DNA of 64,000 nucleotides from Antechinus flavipes (Eukaryota): NCBI RefSeq assembly GCF_016432865.1, contig NC_067401.1, positions 133,982,001 to 134,046,000 of the forward strand, read 5' to 3'. Shown piece by piece: positions 60,931 to 64,000 of this stretch (position 1 is its first letter; each line of letters starts with the position of its first letter). The notes under the pieces were generated by a model. It saw only the letters and a program-made list of their open reading frames with translations, ran no database searches and was not told where the DNA came from. The position numbers and the translations under genes were made by a program.

Positions 60931-62084
60931 CTCTACTTGGAGATCTCCAGAGGGGACAAACACATGACCTCTGCTGATGACCTGTTCCACATAAAAACAT
61001 CTGTCATTGTTTGGAAACTTTCCCTCGTATTGAACCGAAATCTCCCTCTGCAACATGTACCTAATTTGTGGTTCTGCCTTTTGGGATCAAGCAGAGCAAG
61101 GCTACTTCCTCTTTCATAAGATTAGGCTTCAAATGCCCAAAGACTATCATAGTTTCCCTTTCAGTCAAGTCTTCTCTAGGCAAAACTTTCCCCAAGTTTC
61201 TTCAAACGATCCTCATATGGCATAACATTTCTAGTCCTTTCCCCTGATTGGTCACATTTCCTGGAGCACAATCCAATTTTATCAATATCTTTTCCAAAAT
61301 GGGATGACCTGAACTGAATACAATCTGGTCTGACCAGGATAGGATACAGCTAAGCTATCATCTCATGCTTTGGACACTGTGCCTTTTTTAATGCAAGCTA
61401 AGATTGCATCTATTTTTGAGGGGCTGCTGTGTTATGCTGTTGACTCCTACTCGACTGAGTCAACAATCCACTAAAATCCCCAGATTGTTTTCATGGAAAC
61501 TTGTCATGGCAATAACAGAACTGATTTTTCATATCTAAATGTGGAACATTACTTAACTGTAAATATTACTTATTTAATTTAATTTTTTTTAGATTCAGAG
61601 CAGTGTTCTGGCCTGCTGAGATCAAAACAGACTCTTTTGAGGAAAGGAGTGGGTGAAGATACCAATGTGAAAATTATTATATTCTTCGTTTGACAAAAAG
61701 AAATCATGTTAAAATAGCTCCTATAATATATTTTTAAATGCTTATTATATATATTTACCTCCCAACTAGTCTGGCCACAGTCATTTTAAAGCCATCCTTC
61801 ACATGTTTGCTAAGAAAGCCTACAAGGCACATATCTAATCATGTTATTCCTTTGTCTGAAACCCTTTGGGTTGCCTATAGCCAACAAGAAAAATTCAAAT
61901 GCCCAGCATTGAAGGCTATCCACAACTTGGCTCAAACCAACTTTATTTCGCCCTTTTTTCCCCTTCTCTCCCTCCCTTCCTTCCCTCTTTCTTTCCTTTT
62001 CTTCCTTCCTCTCTTCCCTTCTCTTTTTCCTTCCTTTCTTCTTTTCCCTTCCCCGCTCTCTCCCTCCCTTCTGAAAGTGGATAG

Positions 62085-62482
62085 CAATTTTTCATCATGA
62101 GTCCTTTGGAATTGTCTTGTATTATATTGAGAATAGCTAAGTCTTTCATAATTGATCATCATTACAACATTGCTATTACTAAGCACAATGATCACCCAGT
62201 TCTCACTTAATTTTGCATCACTTCCTATAGGTTTTGCCATATTTTTCTGAAACCAGCTCCTACGTCATTTCTTAAAGCACAATACAACTCCATCACAATC
62301 GTGTGCCCCAGCCTGTTTAGCCATTCCCCAATTGATAAGCAACCCCTTAATTTCCAATTCTTTGCCACCACAGAAGGAGCTGCTATAAATATTTTTGTGC
62401 GTGTAAGTCCGTTTTTTCCCTTTGATCTCTCTGGATACAACTCTAGGAGTCAGTATTGCTAGATCAAAGAGTATGCACAATC
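62085..62482 (-). mobile_element. Degraded L1 ORF2-end fragment
   Basis: Translation KIFIAAPSVVAKNWKLRGCLSIGEWLNRLGH resembles the L1 ORF2p C-terminus. Confidence 0.75.
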
Positions 62483-62921
62483 AAACCAACCTTTTCAGCT
62501 TCATTTAACACCATCCCCTAAACACAATCTATCTTTTATCCAAGCTGGACTTCTAGTTGTTCAATCAAACTCAAAAAAAGTATTCTTTTTCTCCAAGGCT
62601 GGAATTCACTCCATCATCTCTGTCATTCAAGTCCTACCTTCAGTGCTTGACTCAGGGACCATTTGGTTCCTTCTAGCCTATGAACTGACTGTGTGACTAG
62701 GAGTCACTAATTTCTCTCTCTCACCTCCACCCCTAACCTCCAGGATACCTGGAAAAAGTAAGAAGGGAACCTGGTAGTAAACTTCCTTGGGAAGGTAGGA
62801 TTGTGGACATAACAGGACATTTCAATTGGTCTTCCAAGAAAAAGATAAGGATTATCTCTTGTTTTTTTCTGAAGTCTATTATCTCTGCCTTCTCTTTCCT
62901 TTTTTTTTTTTTTTTCATCAG

Positions 62922-63099
62922 AGGTGGCAGAAAAAAAGAATTCTAAAATTAAGGATAATGTGAAAATGAAGATGAGAACTGAAATGAATATACCCCATGT
63001 TACATCTGTAAATGGGGAAGTTGATTTCTCTACAAAGCTGGAGTTAAAGTTAAAGTTCTGGGAGATTTCCCATGAAGGAAAGGAATCTTTGTCCCAAAG
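62922..63099 (+). CDS. GSDMB: GSDMB-like coding exon 2 (VAEKKNSKIKDNVKMKMRTEMNIPHVTSVNGEVDFSTKLELKLKFWEISHEGKESLSQ)
   Basis: Poly-T tract plus CAG acceptor (alternative in-frame acceptor at 62931), AG|GTAAGG donor, 178 nt, phase 1 to 2, open frame joining both neighbours. Confidence 0.82.
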
Positions 63100-63806
63100 G
63101 TAAGGCTGTAGCTTTGGGAAGGGAAAAGGGAGAGGCTGTTTTGGCTGGGAGGGGTGTTCAGAAGGCTCTGCAGATTGTATCCTGGCTGCCCATCCCCATT
63201 CTCTCCATAGATCTTTTTTTTTTCTTTTTCTTTTTTTTCCTCCATAAGATCTTTACTCAGCTTCCTCCATAGGAGAAGTGCTATAAAGAGAGCATAACTT
63301 GAAGAGACAATAAATTTTGCCGGGGATTACTACTAGCCATATCTCAGGGAGCCCAGATGGTTTGGGGGTATGAAACTTCCAGTTGGGAAAACAGTTGCAG
63401 AACCTGCAAAACCATTCCAAGTATTCAAACTGGAATTGCAAAAGGCTCTTGCTTCTTGGGAAGGGATCGGGAACCCCAGGCCACTTTTCTTCTGTCTGGC
63501 TCTCTCAGAGCGGGCCAGGCTGGTTCTAGATTTTAACCCAAATCTGGAGTTGCTCCAGAAATGACTTAGTTGCCATCAATCCTAGAAACCCTCAGATTGC
63601 CTTGCTCTCCTAACTAGACCTCTACCATCCTGGGCTCCTCTGCCTTCAGGATTAGCCTAAAGGAGACTCCCAACGGGGACCTTGATAATCCTCCTCAAAA
63701 GCTAAATTAGTCCTAGGATAAGTGGCTTCCCAGGAGGGATGACACAAGGAACGATCTGGAGGAGGAGCTTTCTGAGCTCACGCTGCCTAGTTGTCTCCTT
63801 CTCTAG

Positions 63807-63966
63807 GAAGCTGAAAAAAGAGTTGCCTTCCCTAGTCGAAGCATTGAAGAAAAGAGGCGAAAATCTGTATATGGTGATAGAAACGGTGGAGTTGGACGAG
63901 GAACAAAACATAGAGAGAAAATATTTCGTGGGCACTTCCTTCAAATCTCTAATAATGAAAATAGAG
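63807..63966 (+). CDS. GSDMB: GSDMB-like coding exon 3 (KLKKELPSLVEALKKRGENLYMVIETVE...); gene continues beyond the window
   Basis: RKLKKELP...RGENLYMV matches human GSDMB RKLKRELP...RENLYLV. ctctag acceptor, GTTAGA donor, 160 nt. Confidence 0.87.
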
Positions 63967-64000
63967 GTTAGAGTCCTGGAGGAGGGGGGATGGCGGTGAG

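Noticed and set aside
63273-63420. Apparent GSDMB exon with stops (ILPGITTSHISGSPDG...), suggesting a pseudogene
   Set aside because: The real exon is 62922-63099, which is open and has strong splice sites. This stretch has stops in all three frames and a weak donor, so it is intronic.

Overview
Marsupial genomic DNA, probably a dasyurid judging by the L1 3'UTR, WSINE1/MAR-type SINEs and an OC1-like hAT element. It is syntenic with the human 17q21 asthma/immune locus, here in reverse orientation. Order: GSDMA-like gasdermin (minus, ATG 19291 to stop 4965), LRRC3C (minus, 21824-22591), ORMDL3 (plus, CpG promoter ~45400, CDS 52168-53970), and the first three coding exons of a GSDMB-like gasdermin (plus, from 59846, running off the window). 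The most unusual feature is the last GSDMA exon. It has TGG exactly where eutherian GSDMA has its stop and stays open for another 215 codons, predicting a ~670-690 aa gasdermin with a long tail beyond the autoinhibitory domain. The same gene has a GSDMC/D-like long C-terminal-domain exon, an Arg-to-Trp change at a conserved basic site, and unresolved linker micro-exons. The intergenic and intronic DNA is dense in L1, L2, CR1, RTE, SINEs and hAT MITEs, and there is one 191-nt N gap. Comparisons with human proteins are from memory, not computed alignments.
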